From an uncultured Acetobacteraceae bacterium (lineage in GTDB: Bacteria > Pseudomonadota > Alphaproteobacteria > Acetobacterales > Acetobacteraceae): a stretch of DNA of 45,190 bases. Position numbers and translations under genes: made by a program. Under the pieces are notes generated by a model that saw nothing but the letters and a program-made list of their open reading frames with translations, was not told where the DNA came from and did not search any database. The DNA is taken from the NCBI GenBank assembly GCA_903847525.1, contig CAINEA010000918.1, positions 1-45,190 of the forward strand, read 5' to 3'. Position 1 is the stretch's first letter. Each line of letters starts with the position of its first letter. This document shows positions 34,669-44,094 of the stretch, one piece after another.

Positions 34669-34681
34669 CTTCGCTTCAATC

Positions 34682-34725
34682 GAGCCCGCATCCCGATAAA
34701 GGGCTGCGGGCTCCTTTTTGTTTTT
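34682..34725 (+). terminator. Intrinsic terminator
   Basis: gagcccgca (34682-90) pairs with tgcgggctc (34705-13), followed by ctttttgttttt. Confidence 0.75.
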
Positions 34726-34734
34726 GGTGCACCT

Positions 34735-37101
34735 ATGTCCAACCCACTTTCAGTGATTCTTGATCCGGCTCAGACCAGGCTCTCTCAAGATGCTCTTTCG
34801 ACTCTGGTAAGCGGCCGCGATTGGGATCCGACCAACTGGCAAAACATTTGGGTGGATCCAGTTACCAACACGTGCATGCTGTGCCCGGCGCCACTGTATC
34901 CGGATTGGGTGGCTTCAACCTCAGGGATCTACACGAAGTGGACGAAGTCGAGCTACACCACGCTGACTGATTCTGGGAACTGGCTTTCGCAGGACGCAGA
35001 CCAGGGCGGTCCGTTCATCCAGTACAACGGCGCCAGCGGGAACACGGCCGGTCTGCAGGGCATCGGTCCCAGCGTGGGGATAAACCAGCCAATGGTGGTG
35101 GAGTACTTCCCTCAGAAGGGCACCAACGGCAAGATCGAGGCCCTGAGCTTTGGCTGGTCCAACACTGGCGACGGCACGTCGGGCCCATCGATCCGGGTCT
35201 ACAACAACGGCGACATGGACGTGTGGCTGGACAACGCTCTGGTGGGCACCTACAGCGGCGGCGGCAACAGTCCGGACTACTTCAGCCAGGCTCTGCCGGT
35301 TGGCACCACGCTGGCGGGAGGCGCTCAGTCTGGCCAGGCGTACGGCTACAACCGGATCATGCTGATTCCGTGCCGCGATCGCGAGCTTCTGGTGGTGAGT
35401 TCCGGAGGAGCCAGCTTCTGCCACATCTTCCAGAACCTGCCTGAAGGGATCGGCGGACAAACGATTACGCCGGCGGCAACCTTCTGGTTCTACGTGCCCG
35501 CTCCAGTATTTGCTGAGATCCGGATTGCGCCCCTGCAGTTTGCTGCCAGCGGCTACGTCTGTGGGACTCCAACGAATTGGCGATTCGCGCCTCCTTCCGG
35601 ATCTCCTACCTTTGACGTCTTCGAAGCGATCTCTGATGCATCTGGCCAGGTCACGGCAAGTGTGATCACACCCGCGACGAATCCTTACGGTCTTGCCAAT
35701 CCGGTCCAGGTGAAATTGACGCTGACCTCGGCCGCGGCGCCAAATTGGACTCCTTTCGTGTACGGCTGCAGGGCCTACTATGACCAGCAGACCCAGAACA
35801 CGGCGGCCGTGAATCTGGAGCTGCTTCCGTACATCACCGCCTTCACCTTAGATGTCTCAGACTCGATCGGAGGAACGAAGGCGACGGTTACCCTTCAGCA
35901 ACCTGCCGCGATCGCTTCGGCAGGTGGCGTTGGCATCACCACGATGTGCCATCGAGCCCTTCAGATTTCAGATGAGGCCGGCATGATGCTCAACGGCGTG
36001 GCTGAGCCGCCGCACTGGACGGACTCATACGGTTTCACGCCGGCCGCCTACGATGGAAATCAGGAGATCGAGATTGAGATCCGAGACCTGTGGAAGCTCT
36101 GCGAGGAGTACATCTTCTCCGATCCGATTCCGCTCGATGGGCTGACTTTGGGAGATGCCTATGTCCTCGTGGCGGAGATGATTGGGATTCCAAACTCGCA
36201 GATATATGTAAGCTCGACAGCGGGGAGCTTTACGCTTCCGTTCACGCCTGTGTCCGGTGGAGATTGGGGCTTTCTGTGCGATGTCGGTGATAAGGGATCC
36301 GAGATCCTGGACAAGCTTCATCAGACATACGCCTCCACATGGTTTCATGGCTTTCGGCCGAGCGGAACCAATCCTCCGGTGCTCTGCCTCATCGATCCGG
36401 CCGACTCAGGCGGCCTGCCATCAACGGCCAGCGTGACGCTCTACCCATCAGTTGCGATGGCGACGGCGGCTTCAACCACGTGGAAGCACGTTTATCGGTC
36501 CTACAGGACGCAAATCCTGGAACCTGAAACCAATGATTTGTATGTGGTTGGCCGAGATCCTCGAGGCGGCAAGCCGATTGTGGCCCACAAGGCAGACACG
36601 GCAAGCCAGGCAGTAACCACAGCGGTCGCTTCTCGGCCGTCGAACTGGCTCGGGTTCATTCGAAAGTACAGCTGGGTGGATCCATCGATCACAACCATAG
36701 GCGCCGCGCAGTATGCGCTGGGCCTCTTGTACGAGAGACTTACGCCGGCACGCGAGCTGGTGGAGTTTGAGTGCGAGTACCTGCCCGGCATTTGGAGAGG
36801 CGACCTCGTCGCGCTTGTCCGTCCTGACTCGAGCACAGTGACAGTGAGAATCAAAACGTTCTCCGGATCCTTCGAGCACCTTGGAACGTTCGGATCGTCC
36901 TCGACTCCGAATGCAGTCTGGCGCCCCTGCAGATACGTTGGGGAAGTCGGATCTGTGATTGCGCCGCTTGATGTCCTGGGAACGACGCTTGGCGCTATCG
37001 CGGCGGCATGGCACACGCTGCGGATTCTCCGGAAGAACATGATCAAGGACCACGGCGAGATCTTTGCGCGTCGTCCGATCCTGAACCAGCAGGAGTTCTA
37101 A
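34735..37101 (+). CDS. Distal tail / baseplate-hub structural protein (788 aa)
   Basis: First large ORF after the tape measure. Assigned by position and size only. Confidence 0.55.
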   Translation: MSNPLSVILDPAQTRLSQDALSTLVSGRDWDPTNWQNIWVDPVTNTCMLCPAPLYPDWVASTSGIYTKWTKSSYTTLTDSGNWLSQDADQGGPFIQYNGASGNTAGLQGIGPSVGINQPMVVEYFPQKGTNGKIEALSFGWSNTGDGTSGPSIRVYNNGDMDVWLDNALVGTYSGGGNSPDYFSQALPVGTTLAGGAQSGQAYGYNRIMLIPCRDRELLVVSSGGASFCHIFQNLPEGIGGQTITPAATFWFYVPAPVFAEIRIAPLQFAASGYVCGTPTNWRFAPPSGSPTFDVFEAISDASGQVTASVITPATNPYGLANPVQVKLTLTSAAAPNWTPFVYGCRAYYDQQTQNTAAVNLELLPYITAFTLDVSDSIGGTKATVTLQQPAAIASAGGVGITTMCHRALQISDEAGMMLNGVAEPPHWTDSYGFTPAAYDGNQEIEIEIRDLWKLCEEYIFSDPIPLDGLTLGDAYVLVAEMIGIPNSQIYVSSTAGSFTLPFTPVSGGDWGFLCDVGDKGSEILDKLHQTYASTWFHGFRPSGTNPPVLCLIDPADSGGLPSTASVTLYPSVAMATAASTTWKHVYRSYRTQILEPETNDLYVVGRDPRGGKPIVAHKADTASQAVTTAVASRPSNWLGFIRKYSWVDPSITTIGAAQYALGLLYERLTPARELVEFECEYLPGIWRGDLVALVRPDSSTVTVRIKTFSGSFEHLGTFGSSSTPNAVWRPCRYVGEVGSVIAPLDVLGTTLGAIAAAWHTLRILRKNMIKDHGEIFARRPILNQQEF

Positions 37102-37102
37102 G

Positions 37103-40100
37103 ATGGCAAACCCATATTTGACCAACCGCACAATTCGGCTGAAGTTCTCAGGGGCCATCACCGCTTCGACTCAAACCGTGCAGGGCGGTCCGGACGGTAC
37201 AGCCCTGGCGGACACCACGTCTCAGTGGCAGATTATCTGCAACGGGACCACGATGACCGGCTACGCCTACTCGAAGTGCGACTACGGGTGCCAAAGCAAT
37301 TTACAGGCAACTCTCAGCGCTCCAGACGGCTATGCGACATCCGGGTTCGAAACAGTAGGCGATGGAAGCGGGCCGTCATCGTCACTTGATGCGAACGGAT
37401 CCTGGTTTGTGGAGTTCGACTGCGAGGAGTGGGCCTACGACTATCTGCCGGCCTCGGTGGCCGCGGTCAACGGATCCTGGTTCCCAACGTTCGGAGGTGC
37501 GGCCCAGGGTGATGGCACGCCGGCACAGGGAAGGCAGTACTACCTCACGTTTAAGGTAGGCGGGACCTACTCTTGCTCCATCTCCACGGGAACGGTCACG
37601 CTTTCCCATTCGTACACGATTCCTTCTGCAGGATCCGTTGGCTTCCTGATCAACCCACAGGTGTACTGCGCGGCCAGCGGCGGCGATTCGAACGTCACCA
37701 GCGTGGGAATCGAGTACACGATCGGCTCTCTGCCGGCGGAAGCGATCCTCACAACCTACCATGAGGTCGGCACAACCGCCTACGGCACGATGACGGTCGA
37801 CGGGACCGGCGGAAGCATTTCAGCCGAGGTGGCCAGCCAGGGCCAATGCCAGATCACGGCATACGTGAATCCTCCGATCAAGCTGAATCTTGCCGGCAGG
37901 CTCAGATGCTGGGGACTGCCCTACCCGGGAACCGCCACAGTGACCTGGACGAATGCCTATAGTTCCACCAATACGCTGACGCCAATTTCGGGAGGATTTG
38001 CAGACACTGTCACACAGAATGAGTGGAGCTGCTCCGGGTGGTATCAGTCTGACCTGATCGGCACCCACACCAGCTATCCGACCGTATCGCTCGAGCAATG
38101 GCAGGCCCCATCGATCTGGCTGAGCAACTTGGGCGGCGGATCCGGAAGCGGAGACGATACCCACGACTGGCGGATGCAGTTCAGCGGCTACCAGTGGCCA
38201 GCCGTTTCGCTGACAAGAGCGAACATCACCGAAATTGACACCTGTTCGGCGCTTACAAACTGGTCTGCCGGTTCTCACACCACTCTGGCGCTTTCAGGCG
38301 GCGTGCAGGCCACTGTGACGGGCGGAACTGGCAGTCTTACTTTGGGAGTGCCCCATGCAAAGCGCGTATGGGAGGCATATCGCTATCTTCGGGTCACCTG
38401 CAGCTTCTCGGCGAGCGCCTACAGTGGCTCGACCACGTACAATGCCGGCGACTGCTGCAGTTCAGGCGGAGTGGTCTACCAGGCGGTGGCCACAACGACC
38501 GGACACGCGCCGCCGAACGCCACCTACTGGTCTGTCCTGACTTCTCTGCCGGTCACGGTTGGAGCTGGCTCGAGCTGGATGATGAACGTGCCCCAAACGT
38601 CTGGTCAAATCGAGCTCGATCTCTGCTGTGGAACGAATGACCTGGCCACGATCGGGCTCATCCAGTCTCGAATGCCGATCGCCTACCCTGGCGGCTTTCC
38701 GATCAACTATGATCCGATCGATCAGTACGATTTCGGTTGGGGAGTCAATTACTCAGACTCGGTGAGCTTCTCCGCGATCCCGAACGGCTGCATCGTCACG
38801 ATCACAGACGTGGCGCTGGCATCATCGACCGGCGGAGACAAACAGTCGGCGATTACGCTCCTCGAGAACTTCCTCAACTTCGTGACCGGGTGGACATCAC
38901 CGACCGACCACACGACGGTTCAGCCGTTCCTGTTCATTGAATCGGATGACCGCGTGATCGATATCCCTGCGCTCTCTCTGGTGACGCCGACAAGCGGATC
39001 CAGCCCGCCAACATACACGTGGTATTCGATCGCCCAGCTGGTGACGATTCTGAGTTACTTCCCAGGTCTGACCGCTTCCACACTTCCGGATCCAACCGAC
39101 ACCTATCACGGCTCTGGCCTGCTTGGGCTTCTGCTCGGCGGCAACGGTGCGACCGTGAACTGGACAACGCACGAGTGGACCGATTGGGTGGACGTGGGGC
39201 TTCCTCAGACCGCGCTTCCGGCTCAGGATCTGTGGGATGAGATCCAGGTCTATCCCGGCGCCGGTGAATGCTGGTCCCAGGCCGGCGCCTTTGGCGTGCC
39301 GACGCCGCTGATGGTCTCGAAATCGATCCGCGGCCAGTGCGACGGGCTGATCTTCGATACTGCCGGCAATCCTCTGAGCAGCGCCCTAGTCAAGGCCTAT
39401 GAAACGGCATCGACGTCGACGCTAGAAGGATCCGGAACATCGAACTCGATCGGCGCCTACTACACCGGAAGCACCTGGCTCTTTGGCAATGTCGATTCGA
39501 CGGCAGACCTCAATCTGGCCCCGATTCCGCATGCCTATCACCATGGCGTGGTTCAGAACCGTCAGCGGTTCCGGACATCCTTCAGGAACACTCGGCCGAC
39601 GACCAAGAGCCTGGGCTACGACGTGTCCAATTCCTGCCGGCATGTTCGCACGTATGCGAGCTCCGGAAGCGGAGATATCGGCATGCGGACGGCCGGCAAC
39701 GTGCTGCCCCAGACATGGAGCGATACCGACACAGGCCTGGCCGGGAGCTGGGCCAGGCCGAGATTTCAGGACCACGGATCCACGTGGCCAATCGGCCTTT
39801 TCTACGGCGATGGGACAAGCTGCACGTTTGCCCAGACGAACGATGAGGGGAATACATGGTTCAACTCGACATCGATGGGCGGTGGAATTGTGGGTGACTT
39901 TGAAGAGGGCGCCAACGGTCTCCGCTGGTTCTTCAAGGTCCAGAACGACTCTGGCACCTACAACGTTTACGGCCGCGTGCTGGACTCTCAGCTCAACGTG
40001 GTTCGCGACTGGACGATCACGAATGTGACGGGCATCGACAACGCGCCATTGGCGTGCCGAGAATCGCCCGTGGCAGACGGATCCTGGCGGATCGGCCTCT

Positions 40101-40162
40101 ACTACACCATCGGTGGCGTCGAGACTGTGAAATTCTCCCAGGACGGCCTGGCCTTCAGCTAA
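37103..40162 (+). CDS. Tail fibre / host-specificity protein (1019 aa) with CBM5/12-like motif and C-terminal BNR (Asp-box) repeats
   Basis: Largest tail ORF. It carries YNAGDCCSSGGVVYQAVATTTGHAPPNATYW (38438-38530) and the Asp-boxes FQDHGSTW (39764-87) and TNDEGNTW (39836-59). Confidence 0.55.
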   Translation: MANPYLTNRTIRLKFSGAITASTQTVQGGPDGTALADTTSQWQIICNGTTMTGYAYSKCDYGCQSNLQATLSAPDGYATSGFETVGDGSGPSSSLDANGSWFVEFDCEEWAYDYLPASVAAVNGSWFPTFGGAAQGDGTPAQGRQYYLTFKVGGTYSCSISTGTVTLSHSYTIPSAGSVGFLINPQVYCAASGGDSNVTSVGIEYTIGSLPAEAILTTYHEVGTTAYGTMTVDGTGGSISAEVASQGQCQITAYVNPPIKLNLAGRLRCWGLPYPGTATVTWTNAYSSTNTLTPISGGFADTVTQNEWSCSGWYQSDLIGTHTSYPTVSLEQWQAPSIWLSNLGGGSGSGDDTHDWRMQFSGYQWPAVSLTRANITEIDTCSALTNWSAGSHTTLALSGGVQATVTGGTGSLTLGVPHAKRVWEAYRYLRVTCSFSASAYSGSTTYNAGDCCSSGGVVYQAVATTTGHAPPNATYWSVLTSLPVTVGAGSSWMMNVPQTSGQIELDLCCGTNDLATIGLIQSRMPIAYPGGFPINYDPIDQYDFGWGVNYSDSVSFSAIPNGCIVTITDVALASSTGGDKQSAITLLENFLNFVTGWTSPTDHTTVQPFLFIESDDRVIDIPALSLVTPTSGSSPPTYTWYSIAQLVTILSYFPGLTASTLPDPTDTYHGSGLLGLLLGGNGATVNWTTHEWTDWVDVGLPQTALPAQDLWDEIQVYPGAGECWSQAGAFGVPTPLMVSKSIRGQCDGLIFDTAGNPLSSALVKAYETASTSTLEGSGTSNSIGAYYTGSTWLFGNVDSTADLNLAPIPHAYHHGVVQNRQRFRTSFRNTRPTTKSLGYDVSNSCRHVRTYASSGSGDIGMRTAGNVLPQTWSDTDTGLAGSWARPRFQDHGSTWPIGLFYGDGTSCTFAQTNDEGNTWFNSTSMGGGIVGDFEEGANGLRWFFKVQNDSGTYNVYGRVLDSQLNVVRDWTITNVTGIDNAPLACRESPVADGSWRIGLYYTIGGVETVKFSQDGLAFS

Positions 40163-40187
40163 GCGTCCTCACTTCTCAAACCTAGAA

Positions 40188-40223
40188 CTCACTGCAGACG
40201 AATGCAGTGAGCCCTTTTTGTTT
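40188..40223 (+). terminator. Intrinsic terminator closing the tail operon
   Basis: ctcactgca (40188-96) pairs with tgcagtgag (40203-11), followed by ccctttttgttt. Confidence 0.75.
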
Positions 40224-40240
40224 CCCAAGGAGCAAACCTC

Positions 40241-41074
40241 ATGATGATTGCCATTTTGGCGGCCGCACTTTTGAGCCGTCATCAGATCAACCCGCCGGGC
40301 ACCTCGGTGGCACCGGTTCAGGCCGCGTTCTATTCAAGCGCCGGCGGAACGATGAATGTGGAGATGCGCGACTCCACCGGCCTAACAATTCCGTTTGTGG
40401 ATGCGATCGGCGTGAAGAGATCCTCGATCACGGTCACCCTGCCGGCGGCCACAGCGGTGGGCCTCGGATATCAGATCACCCAGACCAAGCCTGACAGCAC
40501 CAATGCGGTCAAGGCGCCCACTGGCACCTATTCCATGGTGATAACGATGGCCTGCACGGCCAATGAGTCGCCAGTGGGGACATTTGATGGATCGGCGGGG
40601 GCTGGGAATGGAATCGCGGCCGGATATCCGGTGCCGAGCGCCAGTTCGCCTACTGCCTTTGTGAATGGCGGTACCTATACGATCGGGTACGGATCGGTGA
40701 TCAGCACAGTGAGCGCGGCGAAGGGATCTCCTCTGATCGCGGCCAGCCAGCTCGGGACCATCAGCGGAACCTACGCCAGTGGCGTCCATAAAATTGCTCA
40801 GATTCAGGGAGAGAACTCCTCCGGCTCGACGGTCTACCTGCAGATTTACGACGGAACGTCTCAGCCGGCCGCGAATGCGGTGCCGATCGCTGAGCTCACC
40901 GTGAGCTTCGGGATCTCCACCGCGCCGACCAGCAACCGCCTGGTGATGACGCCTGACTATTTGGGGACGTCGACCGGAATTTGGTGGTGTTTCGTCACCG
41001 CGCCTGGCGCATTCAACTCGGCCAACCTTGTGAGCTCTGGCTCGGGGCTTTTGGTGAGATGCTATGGCCAATAA
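40241..41074 (+). CDS. Hypothetical protein (277 aa) with hydrophobic N-terminus
   Basis: AAGGAG RBS; N-terminus MMIAILAAALLS. Rich in Gly/Ser/Thr/Ala and beta-like. Confidence 0.55.
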   Translation: MMIAILAAALLSRHQINPPGTSVAPVQAAFYSSAGGTMNVEMRDSTGLTIPFVDAIGVKRSSITVTLPAATAVGLGYQITQTKPDSTNAVKAPTGTYSMVITMACTANESPVGTFDGSAGAGNGIAAGYPVPSASSPTAFVNGGTYTIGYGSVISTVSAAKGSPLIAASQLGTISGTYASGVHKIAQIQGENSSGSTVYLQIYDGTSQPAANAVPIAELTVSFGISTAPTSNRLVMTPDYLGTSTGIWWCFVTAPGAFNSANLVSSGSGLLVRCYGQ

Positions 41075-43409
41075 GTTCACTCGTCTTGCTTTGACCGTCT
41101 TGTCGTTGCTTCTCGCGTCCATTGGATGGAGTCAGGATGGCGTGACCATTGGGCAGGCTCAATCACTGATTCCGAAGCCACAGGTATTCGGTCAATGGCG
41201 TTTGTGCGGGCCGTTCACAGGCGGTATTTTTGATGCTCTTTCGACGGCTACATCGAACGGAACGACACAGCTAAGCAAAACGGATCGAATCTCCTGGACG
41301 ACGCCGAACTTCTCGGTTGTTGACCCAATGTTTCTATACGGTAATGCCTACTGGACATCGGGTGCAATTCCATCACCTGTTGGCAACGCAATTACGATCA
41401 AGCCGTACATTGAGGTATTCGGCAACTCATTGCCGATCTACCTGCCGAACCCTTCCCTGGCGACTTTGACCTCACCGGCTCATAGTGGCGTGACCTACGT
41501 TGTTTCAGCGGGCGCGACAAGCGCTACGCAGACGTTCACCTCGACAACCGGTATGGTTGTCGGTTGCACTGTCCATTTCAATAACTCGACTTTGAACGAA
41601 GTCGTCAAGTCGGTCACGGATGCGACGCACGCTGTTTTCTTCCAATCGTTTACGACGACTACCAGCGACAATGCCTGCACGATCACTGCCTATCCTGGGT
41701 CCAGCTTCACGATCCCAGATGGCGGCTTCTTGTGGAGTCAGCATTACTTTGGCCTTCAGCTCGCGGCAAACACTAACTACCCATTTCGCACCCACGTATC
41801 TGTAGGCGCAAACCAGGTATTCGCAAACATTCTGCCATATGCCTACGTGGGGTCAGCTAAGAGTTCGGACTTCGTTACGGGGGGCACTCCTGACGGCGGC
41901 GACTATTCGACAACAACGCTCACCTCGCCCGGTGTTGGTACATCATCCAGCTTCTACTACCTGCCTCTCGCTGTTGTAGGAAGGGTGACGAGCGCCAACC
42001 CGCTACCTGTTATATTCAACACAGGCGACTCAATCGCTTATGGATCTGGAAACCAGACACCGTTTGCAGGAATCATGGGAGCCAACTTCGCGAGCGCAGG
42101 CTACTACTGCTACACGGCGGGACTAGGTGGTGTCTCAACCGTCAACTACTCAAGATTCTGCGGCATCATCCACTCACTCGCTCAATACGCGGATATCGTG
42201 ACAGTCTGCCTTGGCAATAACGATATCAATGCGAGCATAGCCTACCCAACGATCATCAGCGCGTTCCTGCTGACGGCTCAAGAGCTGAGTGCAGCAGGAC
42301 AGCCTGTCTACTTCATGATCCAGACGCCGAGAACAACGGCATCTGACTCCTATGCGTACATGACCTACACCTTCACGACGACGAGCGCCAATGCTACCGC
42401 CGCCGCAACCTATTCGGATGGAGCCAGCCACACTTTTACGGTCAACTCGACTATCACCGGAGCAACGACTCTTGTCTGCAACTGTGGCTCTATGTCAGGC
42501 GTTGCGGCCTCAGGAACGCTGACAAAGCAAAGCGGTACCGGTGATGCGACGATCACCTATTCTGCGTACACCAAGGCACTGTCCAACCAGACGCCGTGGG
42601 CGACTCCAACGACGTTCGAGCAGACGAGAGTCCAGCTCAACAACTACATGAGGGATTCCTCTGCGAACGGATTCGGCACCTATCTCAACACCAACCTGAA
42701 CACACAGGGCAAGGTGGCTGGGTTCCTCGATGTACCCAAGGGGTTTGAAGTCAACATCGACGGCTCAGCTCTTACCACGACGGCAACAACCTACACGTTC
42801 ACGACATCGAGCGCGAACGCGACCTATTTGGCGACCTACTCTGATGGAGCGGGACATACGGTAACCGTGGGGCCAACCATTGCGGCGGCAACCACACTGG
42901 TAACCACCTCCCCGTCAGCGTCTGGTGTACCCACGTCAGGAACGTTGACGAAAGTTACGGGTACTGGTGACGCCACAATCACCTACACATCACGTACCCA
43001 GTCTTCTGCCAATCAGCAGGCATACGGTACGGGAGGCTATTGGCCCGTCAACGGCACAGCGAGCTACTACACGACGGATGGACAGCATCCAAATACGCCG
43101 TGCAATACTCTAGCGGCTCCATATCTGACAGGGGCATTCTCCCCTATTTCGTTTGTGGTGTCTCCTAATGTGTATGCCAATGGTGCTCACCCGATGGCAA
43201 TGGCTCCAAGACCTGGACCGCTTGAACAGCCTTTCCTCGTCCTCCCGTCTTTGATTACGTCAATCAATGGCGGAGGAAGCAGCGTGGCATTCGGGACAGC
43301 AGAGGATCTGTCCTTCGACCCAGACCGCGAAAGAAGAAAGGCCAATGCGAAGGGGAACGATCGGCAGTCCCCACACGCTGACAGCCACGTCGGCCAACGG
43401 CTTCACTGA
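41064..43409 (+). CDS. Signal-peptide SGNH/GDSL-family hydrolase (781 aa) with duplicated 70-aa insert
   Basis: Signal peptide is MANKFTRLALTVLSLLLASIGWS. Block I is FNTGDSIAYG (GDS 42024-32), block III is CLGNND (42213-24), and block V is TDGQHPN (D 43077-79, H 43086-88). Two 70-aa repeats (42366-42575, 42792-43001) lie between blocks III and V. Confidence 0.7.
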   Translation: MANKFTRLALTVLSLLLASIGWSQDGVTIGQAQSLIPKPQVFGQWRLCGPFTGGIFDALSTATSNGTTQLSKTDRISWTTPNFSVVDPMFLYGNAYWTSGAIPSPVGNAITIKPYIEVFGNSLPIYLPNPSLATLTSPAHSGVTYVVSAGATSATQTFTSTTGMVVGCTVHFNNSTLNEVVKSVTDATHAVFFQSFTTTTSDNACTITAYPGSSFTIPDGGFLWSQHYFGLQLAANTNYPFRTHVSVGANQVFANILPYAYVGSAKSSDFVTGGTPDGGDYSTTTLTSPGVGTSSSFYYLPLAVVGRVTSANPLPVIFNTGDSIAYGSGNQTPFAGIMGANFASAGYYCYTAGLGGVSTVNYSRFCGIIHSLAQYADIVTVCLGNNDINASIAYPTIISAFLLTAQELSAAGQPVYFMIQTPRTTASDSYAYMTYTFTTTSANATAAATYSDGASHTFTVNSTITGATTLVCNCGSMSGVAASGTLTKQSGTGDATITYSAYTKALSNQTPWATPTTFEQTRVQLNNYMRDSSANGFGTYLNTNLNTQGKVAGFLDVPKGFEVNIDGSALTTTATTYTFTTSSANATYLATYSDGAGHTVTVGPTIAAATTLVTTSPSASGVPTSGTLTKVTGTGDATITYTSRTQSSANQQAYGTGGYWPVNGTASYYTTDGQHPNTPCNTLAAPYLTGAFSPISFVVSPNVYANGAHPMAMAPRPGPLEQPFLVLPSLITSINGGGSSVAFGTAEDLSFDPDRERRKANAKGNDRQSPHADSHVGQRLH

Positions 43410-43689
43410 CACCTCTCTGAGCACCCTGACTCAGGATCAATACGCTGGGTACTGCGTTGCGATCATCACGGACTCTGTGACGCCTGCCGCTGTTGGGCAG
43501 ATTCAGTGCATCGCGACCAACACGACGGCAGACGTGTTCACGTGTGGAGCCTGGACTACCCAGCCATCGACTTCGGCAACGTACGTGATCCTGAAGTCAA
43601 ATATGCAGACCAACGTCCACCCTGCAAGCGAGGGGCACCGGCTCATTGCGGCCTATCTGCGCTCGACCTGGCCGGCGCTTTTTCCGTAG
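43345..43689 (+). CDS. Hypothetical protein (114 aa) resembling a third repeat unit plus a degenerate SGNH block V
   Basis: LTATSANGFTD... is comparable to FTTTSANATAA..., and the protein ends TNVHPASEGHRLIAAYL. ATG 43345 follows GAAAGG. A 17-bp-stem terminator follows the gene. Confidence 0.45.
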   Translation: MRRGTIGSPHTLTATSANGFTDTSLSTLTQDQYAGYCVAIITDSVTPAAVGQIQCIATNTTADVFTCGAWTTQPSTSATYVILKSNMQTNVHPASEGHRLIAAYLRSTWPALFP

Positions 43690-43959
43690 TGGTTGAGGCT
43701 CATAACATCTACCGCCCCTACTGTAAAGTGTTTCTTTACAGTAGGGGCGGCTTTTTGTGTTTGCGCCAAGCGGCTCGATTCCAGTTTCCAGCCATTGGAT
43801 GCCGAGCTTAAAGGTCCTGATCTCCGATTGATTGAATCGGAATGCATTGGTGTTGCGGGGTTCATATCGAATCGCCGCTTCTAAGAGTTTGATCTCTTCT
43901 CGAGATGCTTCGATTCGGGCGAGGGAGTCCGGTGACGGGCAATAGGTTTCGGAATGCAT
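43597..43959 (-). CDS. Small ORF (up to 120 aa) of unknown function; 3' extent doubtful
   Basis: AAGGAG lies 9 nt upstream of ATG 43959, and the first about 70 aa look protein-like. The reading frame then runs through the 43712-43750 hairpin and overlaps the converging gene by 93 nt. Confidence 0.35.
   Translation of the reverse strand: MHSETYCPSPDSLARIEASREEIKLLEAAIRYEPRNTNAFRFNQSEIRTFKLGIQWLETGIEPLGANTKSRPYCKETLYSRGGRCYEPQPLRKKRRPGRAQIGRNEPVPLACRVDVGLHI
43712..43756 (+). terminator. Very strong intrinsic terminator
   Basis: ccgcccctactgtaaag (43712-28) pairs perfectly with ctttacagtaggggcgg (43734-50), followed by cttttt. Confidence 0.8.
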
Positions 43960-44094
43960 GAAGGGATACTCCTTGAGGTGCCTTCCTGCCCGTCAGCAAT
44001 TCTCACAATATCTGACGCTTGCCGGTAGCCCAAAGCATCAAGATATCCACACTTGCGAGGCGCTAACCTTAGTGCGGACGTTGAGGTTCTGTGC

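Noticed and set aside
42366-43001. Diversity-generating retroelement (template/variable repeat pair) in the tail-proximal hydrolase gene
   Set aside because: There is no reverse transcriptase anywhere in the window. The two repeats differ at all base types, not specifically at adenines, and both lie in the same ORF.
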